A stretch of DNA of 64,000 nucleotides from Chiloscyllium plagiosum. Its lineage: Eukaryota. The stretch spans positions 9,445,879 to 9,509,878 of the forward strand of contig NC_057747.1 in assembly GCF_004010195.1 (NCBI RefSeq), read 5' to 3'. Below the pieces are notes generated by a model. It saw only the letters and a list, made by a program, of their open reading frames with translations. It did not search any database and was not told where the DNA came from. Below are positions 50,842 to 62,468 of the stretch, one piece after another (positions within the stretch are counted from its first letter, which is position 1; every line of letters starts with the position of its first letter). The position numbers were made by a program, and so were the translations under genes.

Positions 50842-52684
50842 ATTCATTTATTCAGTATTTTACCATTTATACAATTCATTCAGCAATCCAAGATGGCACT
50901 GGAATGTGGCGACATTATCCATTTTTTACTGTATCTAAGTACGAGTGTCAATATATTAAGTAAATCAAAATAATTTTTTTTCTTTATTGTAGCTCTTCAT
51001 GAATGATGATAATTTGCTCATAAAACAAACCAACGAACTATAGATTCTGGAAATATGTACTCAACATAATTTGCTTGTCCTAATGTTTCTTCCCTGCAAT
51101 AACTGTTAGAAGTGATGAGGCAAAATCCCTTGTTCCCTCCCATCCTGGATCTCAGCTGTTTTCAGCCACTCAAACTACAGGATCAAATCCTGGAGAGGAT
51201 CACATCTCCTCTCCCCCAGTTAAATGATCCCCTTTTACAATGACCGTCTGTTTCTAATTATGAAAGTAGATTTTTGACCAATTTCTTTCCCCTCGCCGCT
51301 TCCTCTTTATTCCCCAAGCTTGTACCTTTGGTACCAGTCTCTCGTGAGCTATTTCACTGAGTGGCTTTTGAAAACTGAGATGAAAAATATCCCCTAGCTT
51401 GCCCCCATCTGGTAACTCAGTCACAACCTCAATAAATTTATGAAGCACGGTCGTCTATTCATAAATCCACGTCGGCTTTCCGTGGTCGTATTTACTTTTG
51501 ATAAATGATCCTGAATTATGTCCCTTATAATCTTCTCAAATATTTTTATGACTAACCTAACCAGCCTGTATTTCTTGCCCTTTCTTTAACATTGGCACGA
51601 CATTAGGTTGACACTCCTGTTTTCAATGAGCTACTGTATATTTTAACCAAAGTCTAAGCTCCCAGGGGGTTATGAAAAGATATTTGAGAGCATTTTTAAA
51701 CTATTTACCAGGGTTATTATGATTTGAGATCTGCAAGCCTTATGAGGAAAGGCAGCTTTACTGCTTGACAGAGCAACAAAGGAGGAACTGCGAGTCAGAG
51801 CCATGCAAAGATTGTTCTGTTATACCCTGATTCATGGGCTGTTGATCAGTTCGTGTTTCTAATCATCTCATTATTATAACTAACTTGTTTTCAGAGCCCC
51901 TCTGCGTTCGGACATTTTCTACAAGTTGTGCTGTAGCGATAAGGTGTTAATTTTATTTTAAACCAGCAGACCATACCAAAAATACACTCAGTGCCCAGAA
52001 ATTCATACATAAATAATCTCATTAAATACAGAACTCACCTTCACCTGGCTCCAGTCTACCTGCCATTAAATGAATGCCAGCATTACTAAAGTCAACAGGA
52101 GTCCTGTGTGAAAAGAAAATGGCCGCCTCTTGGATGCAATTGTAGACACTTGGCCCATGTGTCTACAATCAGCCTTTGATTAAGGGTTGACTCTTTCTTG
52201 CCACTTTTTTTCCTGGCTTAAAATATTCAGTCGGAGTGAGAGACTGTTGTAAGTGAGGCTAATGAAGTGGGTGCAATCATTTTCACAATACCTATGCATG
52301 CCTGCAGTTTTAGTCACATGTGCATCACACCTCAATCAAATAACTCTCACAAAAGTCAAATAGGGACAATTTGAATACTCAGGAATAAATGGGTCGGTGA
52401 TTAAAAACCAGAATCAGGAATCAAAACTGCTTTGAAACCACCCATGTACAGTTTGTGTGTGGGGGTTGGGAGGGGGGAAGTGGACAACAAGCAGAGAGTT
52501 CTTAGGTTTCAGGGCAGTCCTTGGAAGCTTCAAGGCTTAATAGGGCTTACAGATTGGCTGGTTTTCCTTTTCCATGGGAAATCCAGCAAAATGAGGTAAC
52601 GGGGACTGGTTCCATCAGCTGAGTATTATTTACAGCACTGTTTGTGGGCCAAGGTGAGCAGAACTGTTTCCTTCAAGCTCAATG

Positions 52685-52837
52685 TGGGAGGTGCCAATGT
52701 TGGACTATGGCGGACAAAGTTTAAAATCACATGACATTATGTTATAGTCCAACAGGTTTATTTGAAAGTTCAGGCTTTCGGAGCACTACTTGACGAAAGA
52801 GTAGCGCTTTGAAAGCTTGTGATTTTTAACTTTGTCA
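52685..52837 (-). mobile_element. Older fold-back Penelope mini-element (variant C)
   Basis: 13-bp TSD with one mismatch ttcaagctcaatg / ttcaggctcaatg (52672-52684, 52838-52850). Confidence 0.72.
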
Positions 52838-53282
52838 TTCAGGCTCAATGACCTGACTCTGCCAATACTCCACTCATTCTCCCTTATCTCATCAACCTTC
52901 CAAGTCACCCATCTCAGTGACCATGTGTCATAATCTGCACCCCTCCCTTGCTCATTGTTCTGTTTCTGAGCCCCTACAAACTCTCCCCCCTCCAACTTCA
53001 CACAAATTTCTGATAATCCTCTCCATCCATCACCTGAAGTCTTTGAACAGGTCTGTACACACCCACTCTCAATGATCCCACCCCTGTCATCTGAGAAATC
53101 CCACAGAATCCGATGAAGACAACCTGCATTAATGTAGTACCCTTCATGGTCTCAGGATGTACCGACGGCTTTTACAACCAATGAAGTAGCTTTCTATAGT
53201 GCAGACAATTACTTTTTAATGATAGACATGCGTCAGGCATTCAATGCACAGGAAGGTCCCATGACAGCAATATGAGCATGCA

Positions 53283-53517
53283 TAGGTTTCCTCCGGGTGC
53301 TCCGGTTTCTCCCACAATCCAAAGATGTGCAGGTGAGGTGAATTGGCCAATCTAAATTGTCCATAATGTCCAGCAATGTGTAGGTTAGGTGCATTAGTCA
53401 GGGGTAAATATAGGATAATAGGGTAGGGGAATGTGTCTGGGTGGATTACTCTTCGGAGGGTCGGTATGGACTTGTTGGGCAGAAGGGCCTGTCGCCACAC
53501 TGTAGGGATTCTATGAT
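53283..53517 (+). mobile_element. HE1-type SINE, 5'-truncated
   Basis: Begins at ggtttcctccgggtgctccgg; typical tail. Confidence 0.85.
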
Positions 53518-54936
53518 CGCATAATGTGATTTAGTGATTCTGATTAAGTGACACCATGGATAGTCTTCCTCAAAAGAGTGCCACGTTGTCTTCCTCAATT
53601 AGCTGGGGATGTGTTTAAGCTCTACAAGCCCTCAGCTTAACACCTCAAATATAGCCCTGTAGACAGTGCAGCTCCCCATTAGCATTGCAGCAGACTGGTA
53701 GTCTAGATTTGATGTCACTCCCAGAGAGCGACATTAAGCATGATCCAGCCCATTAAGTTTCCTTCTTGACTCAGCTGCAGTGTGAGGGAATGGCGTGAAA
53801 AGGTTGAAGAGAGACTCCAAAGCTTTGATCCATTTTGGTGGTCGGCTATCAAGTCCCTGAACTGTTAAGTAAATGTTTAACTTTACACCCACACGTGGCC
53901 TCCATTCGCCAGTCAGTCAACCTCACTTAAGAATTTACTTTCGACAGTGTCCACTCTCCCATTAGAGCTATGACAAATGCAGTCATGGGGAAAATGTTTG
54001 TTCTGCTCTGTTTACAGAATGTAAGAAAGTAGTGGAAGATAAGGGGCCAATTAAGAGTCATTTAGAAGATAAGAGAGTTCTCAGTTCTCCTTTGATAAAG
54101 AACTCAAACATTTACAATCATTGGTGCCTAACATTTCCCTTTTCATAATGTGGTATGAGGAATAAACCAGTTGAAGATGCTTTTGGTAAAAACTGTTCCG
54201 CAAACCTTTGGCCTTTTAACTCCATAGTGAAGTGAGAGAAAGCATTTCAACAGAACTTGGACTGAAATCACACAAAACATTGTGAGGCAAGTGTTTGGTG
54301 AACGACGTATTTTAATGTTGTTGGCTGTGATGGACTGCTTCAGGCTAAATAAAGCAACTGCCTCTTCAAGCATAATTACTTCCATTATACAATGAAATAT
54401 GCGGTTCACAAGTGAAGGTTTAAAATCTATAAATAAATGAAATGTGATGAAATTTATAAACATAGGTTACATTGTAGGCCAGGACAGAGTCAATATAAAC
54501 TGGTCAACATAATAGGGCTTTGTATGCTGTAGGCCCATGGGGTTAATGTTCCAAAGGCACCTCTGGGGAGCCTGAGCACTTCCATTGCATATTGGAAAAT
54601 TTGTGAGCATTGCTGTTAGAACATATTCACTAATACCTGTCAAGGAAAATAGTCTCCTCCATGTTTTTTGCTCAGTTATCTCAGCAGGGGTTTTGTGGAA
54701 TACTCCCTTTTGCCTGATGAATGCAGCTCCAACAACATTCAAGACGCTTGACACCACCAAGCCTATTTGATTGGCATCAAATCTCAAAACCTTCACTACA
54801 AGATATACTGTATACATTCACCAAGATTCCTGAGCCAACACCTTCTCAACCCATGACCATTACCATGTAGAAAGACAAGGGTCATATATGGGAACAACAA
54901 GAAGTTGTACTGAGGTACCTTGTACTTAAGATGGCT

Positions 54937-55137
54937 GAAAATGTGTTGCTGGAAAAGTGCAGCAGGTCAGGCAGCATCCAAGGAACAGGAGAATCAACGT
55001 TTCTTCAGGAATCCTGAAGAAGGGCTTATGCCCGAAACATCGATTCTCCTGTTCCTTGGATGCTGCCTGACCTGCTGCGCTTTTCCAGCAACACATTTTC
55101 AGCTCTGATCTCCAGCATCTGCAGCCCTCACTTTCTC
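54937..55137 (+). mobile_element. Fold-back Penelope mini-element with hammerhead core
   Basis: 13-bp TSD acttaagatggct (54924-54936, 55138-55150); ctgaaga-a-gggc(ttat)gccc-gaaa-c-atc at 55014. Confidence 0.87.
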
Positions 55138-55209
55138 ACTTAAGATGGCTCCAAAAGTGCTGACCTGTAAACTCTTTACTATATGCTTTGCGTACATGTG
55201 ACAATAAAG

Positions 55210-55253
55210 TTAATTCAATTCAATTCAATTCAATTCAGTTCAGTTCAGTTCAA
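55210..55253. repeat. (AATTC/AGTTC)n pentanucleotide retroposon tail
   Basis: Follows gtgacaataaa. Confidence 0.7.
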
Positions 55254-56559
55254 CACCAGTTGCAAGTTCCTCTCTAAGCTACTCACCATCCTGACTTTGA
55301 AATATATCGCTGTTCCTTCAATGTTGCTGGGTCAAAATCCTGGAACTCCCTTACTAATAGCATTGTTGGTCTACTTGCAAGAAATAGACTATATCAGTTC
55401 AAGAAGGCAGCTCATCAGCTTCTCAAGGAAAACTAGGGATGGGTAATAATGGCTGGCCCAGCCATCATCACTTACATTGCATGAATGGGGAGGAGGGGTT
55501 TCTCCCTGGTATCCTGCGCAAATAATTGCTTCAGCCAACACCCATTGCAAAAAGATTATTTGATCATTATCACATTGCTGACTCTGGGAGCTTGCTGTTA
55601 GTAAATTGGCTCCTACATTCTGAAAGTGACAAAACATCAAAAGTGCTACGTTGGCTGTAAGATACTTTAAGATGTCCTGAGATCATGAAAGCTTTATATA
55701 AATGTCAGCCTTTATGATCTCAGTTGTGATTGCCAGTTGCTCTTGTTCTCAATGCCCGTGTTTGTGATTGCAGCAGCTAATAATAAAATGGGGAAGAAAG
55801 ATATAATGAAATGCAACATTATTGAATACGTTCATAGAGTAGATTGTGGGTGAAATGAGAAGAATTCTACCTTGATATAAGCTGCTATTGTGAAAAATCT
55901 GAGAGCAATGCTTAAAACATATGCATTTATAAGTGGGAACCCATTGTCAGAGATACCCTATTTCTTCACGTTGTGCAGTATTTCCCAAGAGACTCAACAA
56001 TGAAATGGCTGCAATGGTCTGAATGTCTGCTACTTACCCAATGGTTCCACATTAACAGTGACTGAAAATGCACTCAGGAGAAAGTGAGGGATAATAGTAT
56101 GATTAATGAAAGCTACTGCTGAATAACCCCTCCAGTCCTGAATAAAATACACAGTTTTACAAGTTTTACCAAACCCTTAGAAGAAAATTAGTGTGAGAGC
56201 TTTAAAAGGTTTTTTTTAGAAGCTTTGTTTCTGTCTTTCTCATTTATTTCTCTAACTTAGTCCATTTGTAGCTTCCAATCTTTGCTCTACTTTCTATATA
56301 CAACTCAAGTCGAAGTTATATTTCTTGGCTTATTTTTTAAAAATCTGATTGGCTGGAGAGTCGCACAGTATCTTGACCTTCTCACAGATCTATTGACAAA
56401 GATGTGGCACTGGCAAAGGCACTGAATTTGGAGAAATCACTACTGAGAGGGCAGCAAATATTTTATTGGCAACTGTTGGTGAGTTGAATGTTCCTCCACC
56501 CCTGTCAGCCAAATCCATACCTTGGTTTCATCTCAGCACAGCGAAGAGAGTTAGAGTGG

Positions 56560-56900
56560 GGGATGCAGTGGTTCAGTGGTTAGCACTACTGCCTCACAGT
56601 ACCAGGGACACAGGTTCGATTCCACCTTTGTGCGACCATCTGTGTGGAGTTTGCAACATTTTCCCTGTGTCTGCGTGGATTTCATTCAGGCGCTCTGGTT
56701 TCCTCCCATGTGCAGGTAAGATTAATTGGTCGTGCTAAACTGCCCGTAGTGCGCAGGGATGTGTAGGTTAGGTGGGTTAGCCATGGGAAATGCAGGCTGA
56801 AAGAGATAGGGTGGAGGGGGTGGGTCTGGGTGGGATGCTCTTCAGAGGGTTGGTGTGGACTTGATGGGCTGAACGGCCTACTTCTACATTGTAGGGATTT
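56560..56900 (+). mobile_element. HE1-type SINE
   Basis: Typical head, body and tail. Confidence 0.85.
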
Positions 56901-58804
56901 ATCAGCGAGTAAGGAAAACTCACGAGCGTCATTATGAACAGGGAAGAACATGTGATCTTTTTGAGTTTCTCACTTACGTGACTTTACTTAGTTTGTGGAA
57001 TCTCTCTAACATTAAGCAGCTTGAGAAAAAAATTAATTTGAATTAAAGTAGAGGCATCTTGACATCCTTATGATGAACTCAGTATCCTTTGAACATCCAA
57101 CCTCATCTCCTGTTGTCACAATAGTCTTGTTGTCCATATAGCGTCCCTTCATATAGGTTAGTTTAGATGAGATACAACGCTACTCACTTTGCTCTTTTTC
57201 CGTCCAAATAGAGTTAAACAGAATTTATAGCACAAACCAAGCCATCCAGCCTAACTGACCCACATAATGCTCTTCCCACCTTACTCCAGTTCACCCTATC
57301 AAAATTACTCTCTGGTCTTTTAAGATAAATTTCAAACACTTTAGACAGTCCTTGGTGGGGAACTTTAACAAAACCAAATTCAATGGTTTTGAAAAATCGC
57401 AGAAACTGATCAAAATTAAATAAAGCAACCACAGCAGGATTTGAACCGACAATCTTCTGATAACAATATAATCTACACTGAAGTCAGACAATCCCAGCAG
57501 TTAAGAAACAGTTCGATGATCTATTTTCATTTTAGTATGTTGAAGAGCCTTAGTCTACAAGACTACAGGTCAAAGGCTGGAAAATGGGAACAGAGAAGTT
57601 AGGCATTTGATGACTGGTAGACGCATGATGGGCTGAAGGGTCACCTTTCATGCTGATAAATTTTACCCTATGACCATTGGGCGACGCAATCAACTTCAAA
57701 ATCATTCTCTACTCTTTCCTCCTGCAGGTATTTATGCAGCTTTCCTTCAAATGCACCTTTGCTATTCATCACAACCACTCCATGTGAGAGCAAGTTCCAA
57801 TGTAATTCTTAGATTAAACTAGGAACTAAATTAATTAGGTTTAGTCAGGAGACAATCATATTGGCATTTTTAAGTTAAAGCTTCAACTTCCTGCTTGATA
57901 TTTTACAATTTCAGTTTTCTGGAATTATCAAGCTGGATGAACAAAAAAAAAACTGAAGTTTTATTTTGCTAAATTGGCAGGGTATTTTGTCGTTTGCAAT
58001 GTGTTTTACATTGTCAATGTCAGTGAAACGTTAATAATGTTTGAGCAATGCTGTAGCAGGAAGTCTTTGGTTTTATTACCTGTTCAGACTGCTCTGGGGC
58101 TAACAGAACTCAACATATGAATGCCTCTCACTATTGCTGGTTTCCCTCCTGATTAAAATGACCTAACTTGGCAGAATGATCCTTCCAAACAATACATAAT
58201 AGATGGCTCCTTTTAAACATAGAGTGCAGATACAAAACAGATTTGACGTTAATGAGGGACAAAAACATAGTGTGCTGATCTCTCCTCCAGGTAATCTTCC
58301 ATTAATAGTTGGAAGACAGGGTTAGTTGGAATTTAAGTCCCAATCCAACAACGTATCTCAGTCTGACACTTGTGGGACCGTGTTCCACCGCTACCAACAG
58401 TTCAATCAGATCAGAAGGTTCTCAGATAAAATTCTGGCTCTTGAATAATCTCCCTGTCTATCTGCTGCCTCCAAGTCCCCTCCACATGTGCAACTTCCAA
58501 ATGGACCCACTATCAATCTTCCTGCAGTAGGGGAACCAAAAGCCAAATTTTAAAGCTTTTGAAAATCACTTAATAAAAGGAGGAGGAAAATGGCTCCTTT
58601 CACAACCATAAGATGTCCCAAAACATTTTTCAGATATTGATGTCCTTATGATGTGCAGTGACTGTCAAAATATAGGAAGCACGGCAGCCGATTTGCAAGT
58701 AACAGTCTCCCACAGAATATGATGCTACGATGATCAAACAATCTTTATCCTTGATGTTGATTGGGGATAAATATTTTCAGGGAATCAGGACATAAGCATG
58801 TGCC

Positions 58805-58905
58805 ACAAAAACAGATGTTGCTGGAAAAGCTCTGCAGGTCTGGCAGCATCTCTGGAAAGAAATCAGAATTAATGTTTCTGGTCATGTGACCCTTCCTCAG
58901 AACAG
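58805..58905 (-). mobile_element. Penelope-derived mini-element (variant B), decayed
   Basis: Minus strand ttctgaggaagggtcacatgaccagaaacattaa..gatgctgccagacctgc. Confidence 0.6.
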
Positions 58906-59268
58906 GGTCACCCAAAGAATAGAACTCTGACAGTGCAGCACTCCCCTGGTCCTGCAATGTTGTGTCAAACCTGGGTTTGTTGAGCTCAAAGGGACATGAA
59001 CTCACTGTACAGAAATGGGAAGAAGAACCATGATAGCTTTTCCGTAACCATCAAGCCTAATCTAATGATTGGGTTTACGAATTTAAAAAGCTCCCAGTGA
59101 CTGGAACCAAAATCTAAGAATGGGAACACTTTTTCTTTAATGATGTCAGAGAATCAACAATTTCTTAAAAGCAGAGTTGAATCTTTTATTTGTGGCTCAT
59201 TGAAATTTCTAAAAAAATGCACATTCAAATTGATGATTTTATTTTTAAATTACTCGGGAGGAATTGCG

Positions 59269-59396
59269 TATCATGGGATATGAGTATCATGGGAAATCGA
59301 TGTCATGGGAAATGGGCATCATGGGAAATGGGTGTCATAGGAAATGGGGATCTTGGGAAGTGGGCATCATGGGAAATGGACATCATGGGAAATGCC
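59269..59396. repeat. 16-bp minisatellite, 8 units (consensus catcatgggaaatggg)
   Basis: Eight consecutive 16-bp units without indels. Confidence 0.88.
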
Positions 59397-59819
59397 AGAT
59401 TTCTTCCTCAATTCTAATGGTCCTTGAAGCCAGTTAAGGATGAACCACATTGCTTTGAGTCTGCAATCACAAGATATTGGTTTCTTTCTAAGGGCATTAG
59501 TGAACCAGGTGGGTTGTTTGTGGCAATTGGTGAGGGCACCATTTATTAAGATTAACTGAGAAGGGTAGTGCTTGTCACTAGTCACTCCGGTATTTCCTTT
59601 CTTCCTGGTGGTGGAATATGAATAAAGATTTACGCACTTGTTTGTTCGTCAATGTGTCCTACACCTGCATAGTTGCTGAGGAAAAATAAACACTACCGCT
59701 GTTAGGGCAAAGAAAAAGCATAATCACAATAAAAACAGAAGGAAAAAAATGAACAGGAGTGTCAGGGGTTCAGTTCACTCCGAGAGCTGGATCTGAGGAA
59801 ACTGGAAGTAAATAAAAGG

Positions 59820-59950
59820 GCAGGGGGTTGAGCAGTGTCCGGGGAGCAGGAGAGCTGCCGAATTCCTGATGAAGGGCTAATGCCCCAAACATCAGCTCTC
59901 TCCAGTTCCTCAGATGCTGCCTGGCCTGCTGTGCTTATCCAGTGCCACAC
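59820..59950 (+). mobile_element. Fold-back Penelope mini-element, decayed
   Basis: ctgatgaagggctaatgccccaaacatc at 59866, short inverted arm upstream. Confidence 0.7.
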
Positions 59951-60824
59951 TAAAAGAAATATAAAAATTAACTTTCAATTCCAGCTTTATTCACATGCTG
60001 TAGTGGGATTAGCACGTTCATTCTCAGAGCAACAGTCTGGGCCTCCAGATTAGTCATCCCCAAGACATTACAACTAAGTCACCATCTCCCCTAAGATTCA
60101 GAAGCACTGTCTCTATAGATCATGATCATGATTGTGGTACAGATGGCAACAACTCTTTCTGAGCACGGCTATAAATATTCCCTGCTCTTGAAATTACTTA
60201 GCATCTACATCCGTCTTGACAGTACATAGCAGAATGAGTTCAGATTAATTCATTGCCTTGCACTAAGTTAACTGGTCTCACCTATTGCAGCTTTGATATG
60301 CCACTGATGGAAAATGGATTGAGTTTCTTACATAAATTTCGTATTTCTCATTTTATCAAATGTAACCAGAACTGTTAGCTTATTTCCTTATTTTTTTAAA
60401 AGCAACTCAGCAGGTTCATTTAATCTAACAGCAATGAATGGAAACATTAATTTATTTTGGCTTTCTGCTGGGTGAGTTTGATAGGGTTTAATTCCCGAGG
60501 CAGCAAAAAGTTGGTCATTGCTCATTTCATGCCATTCAAGGGCTTAACAAGTACTTAATGGACAAAGTAACAATCAAAGATAGTAATGTAAACTCAGGGA
60601 TCAGAAAACAAGGAAATCAAGCAGAGAAGTGAAGCTGTACTGTCTTATTTATAGCCCTGACTATTTTGGGACTTCAGGAGGAGAATTTATGGATATGTGA
60701 TAATATTACTGAGTAATTCTATTATTTTAATACAGGTACTAAGCACACAGACTTGCTGAGTTTCTCCAGAATTCTCTGTGTTTGTTACAGATTTCCAGCA
60801 TTTGAGTGTTTAATTCACAGTTAT

Positions 60825-61030
60825 TCATGACTGAGATGAGGAAGAATTTCTTCACCCAGAGAGTTGTGAATCTATGGAATTCTCTGCCACAGAAAGCTGT
60901 TGGGGCCAGTTTGTGAGATAAATTCAAGAGGGTCCTGGAGGTGGCCCTAAAGGGATCAAGGGGGTATGGAGAGAAAGTTGGAATGGGATACTGAGATTGC
61001 ATGATCAGCCATGACCATTTTGAATGGTGG
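60825..61030 (+). mobile_element. CR1 LINE 3' fragment
   Basis: gagatgaggaagaatttcttcacccagagagttgtgaatctatggaattctctgcc (MRKNFFTQRVVNLWNSLP). Confidence 0.82.
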
Positions 61031-61201
61031 CACAAACAATTTTTATGTTTCTGTGTCTGTGTTACTTCTCTTCCTGATGTGTCCAACCTGAAGCTCTGCT
61101 CAGAATATCTGATGGGATTAAAGTTTTAATGTTTTCGCTTGTTCCCTTTTGCTACTCCTCCGTCTCTGTCAAAAGTAAAAATAAAATTCCCGCACCTTTA
61201 T

Positions 61202-61515
61202 GGGCGGCACGGTGGCACAGTGGTTGGCACTGCTTCCTGACAGCGCCAGAGACCCGGGTTTAATTCCCGCCTCAGGCAACTGTCTGTGTGGAGTTTGCAC
61301 CTTCTCCCCGTGTCTGCGTGGGTTTCTTCTGGGTGCTCCGGTTTCCTCCCACAATCCAAAAATGTGCAGGTTAGGTGAATTGGCCATGCTCAATTGCCCG
61401 TAGTGTTAGGTGAAGGGGTAAATGTAAGGGAATGGGTCTGGGTGAGTTGCGTTTTGGTGAGTCGGTGTGGACCTTTTGGGCTGAAGGGCCTCTTTCCACA
61501 CTGTAAGTAATCTAA
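61202..61515 (+). mobile_element. HE1-type SINE
   Basis: Near full-length; inserted within a decayed variant-B Penelope terminus that resumes at about 61520-61625. Confidence 0.88.
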
Positions 61516-61841
61516 AACCTTTCTCTTCTGAAGAAGAATCATACTGGACTTGAAATGTTAACTCTGTTTCTCTCCACTGATGCTGCTAAATGTGCTGAGT
61601 TTCTCCAGCTCCGTCTGTGTTTATTGTTGGGAGATGAAGCATTGTAATTTTTTTTGGATTTGTTCATGGGCATGTAGAATGTTACATTTGTGGCATTTCT
61701 GTTCTCTAGTTAAAGCCTTTTCCTCTTTTGCTCCACTTTCCAGTCTCAGCAGTACTTGGTTACTGGATGAAAAGATATTCGATCATGAATGAATGGGTGT
61801 GACTTGAAGGTTCACTAGAGTGAGGGTGGAGTGACTGGGAG

Positions 61842-62468
61842 TATGATGACCCTGTGGCTTTAAGAGGTGTATTTTGCCCTGGTTTCATTTAGAGATAAAT
61901 TGGCAGACAGGTGCTGAGCAGCCTATGAGAAGATAAACAACTTGTGAAGCCTTGGTGCTGCTTATTTTTTAAAATAAGCTAGAACAATAGAAGCAGCCTG
62001 GCTGGGTGTGATCAAGCTCTCACCCACAGAACCAGGATTTTTAGTTTTCAGCAGCAGTTGTTGTTGGGGTTTTGAAGAAGTGGGAGCTATTTTCCCCTCT
62101 CTGGATCAGCCAAGAGCTGGGGGCTTCTCTTTCTGGGCTGTTGAATTACATGTGAGACAAAATCTGTTTTCTGAATTTGCATTTTGCCAAGGGTGTGTTT
62201 TATGGGATGTGACAATATTGGAACTGTTAATTAGTAATAGTGACTGTATGTATTATTCTTAAGTTTTCAACAGAGTTAATTTATTCTAAGTTATTTCTGT
62301 TGTTGTATTTTAATTAGTGTTTGAATAAATTTGTGTTTTGCTTAACATCGAGTAGTTTGACTAATGAAACTGCATCTGAAACATGGCACCTGGCATTTAA
62401 CTTTTAAAACGAGAAAAAGTTAGGATCTAGGCTACCTTAATATATCTTGAAGGGGTCTGGTCTATAAT
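61842..62468 (+). mobile_element. Solo LTR-like element
   Basis: Homologous to 20251-20868 in the opposite orientation; internal aataaa near 62325; decayed TG/CA ends. Confidence 0.6.

Larger units (their letters stand above)
50119..50970 (+). mobile_element. Putative Rex1/Babar-related non-autonomous retroposon
   Basis: Starts after (ttcca)n with caagatggcg; second caagatggc near 50889; 3' tttttactgtatctaagtacgagtgtcaata resembles the tail at 55160-55250. Confidence 0.4.

Noticed and set aside
51894-51942. Possible micro-exon after ttgttttcag
   Set aside because: Weak donor (gtgtta) and no recognisable peptide.
59269-59396. CRISPR-like array
   Set aside because: Contiguous tandem units without unique spacers, vertebrate context, no cas genes.
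16291-61403. Recurrent peptides such as VAQWLALLPHS and GDCLCGVCTFS suggesting a gene family
   Set aside because: Translations of HE1 SINE copies.
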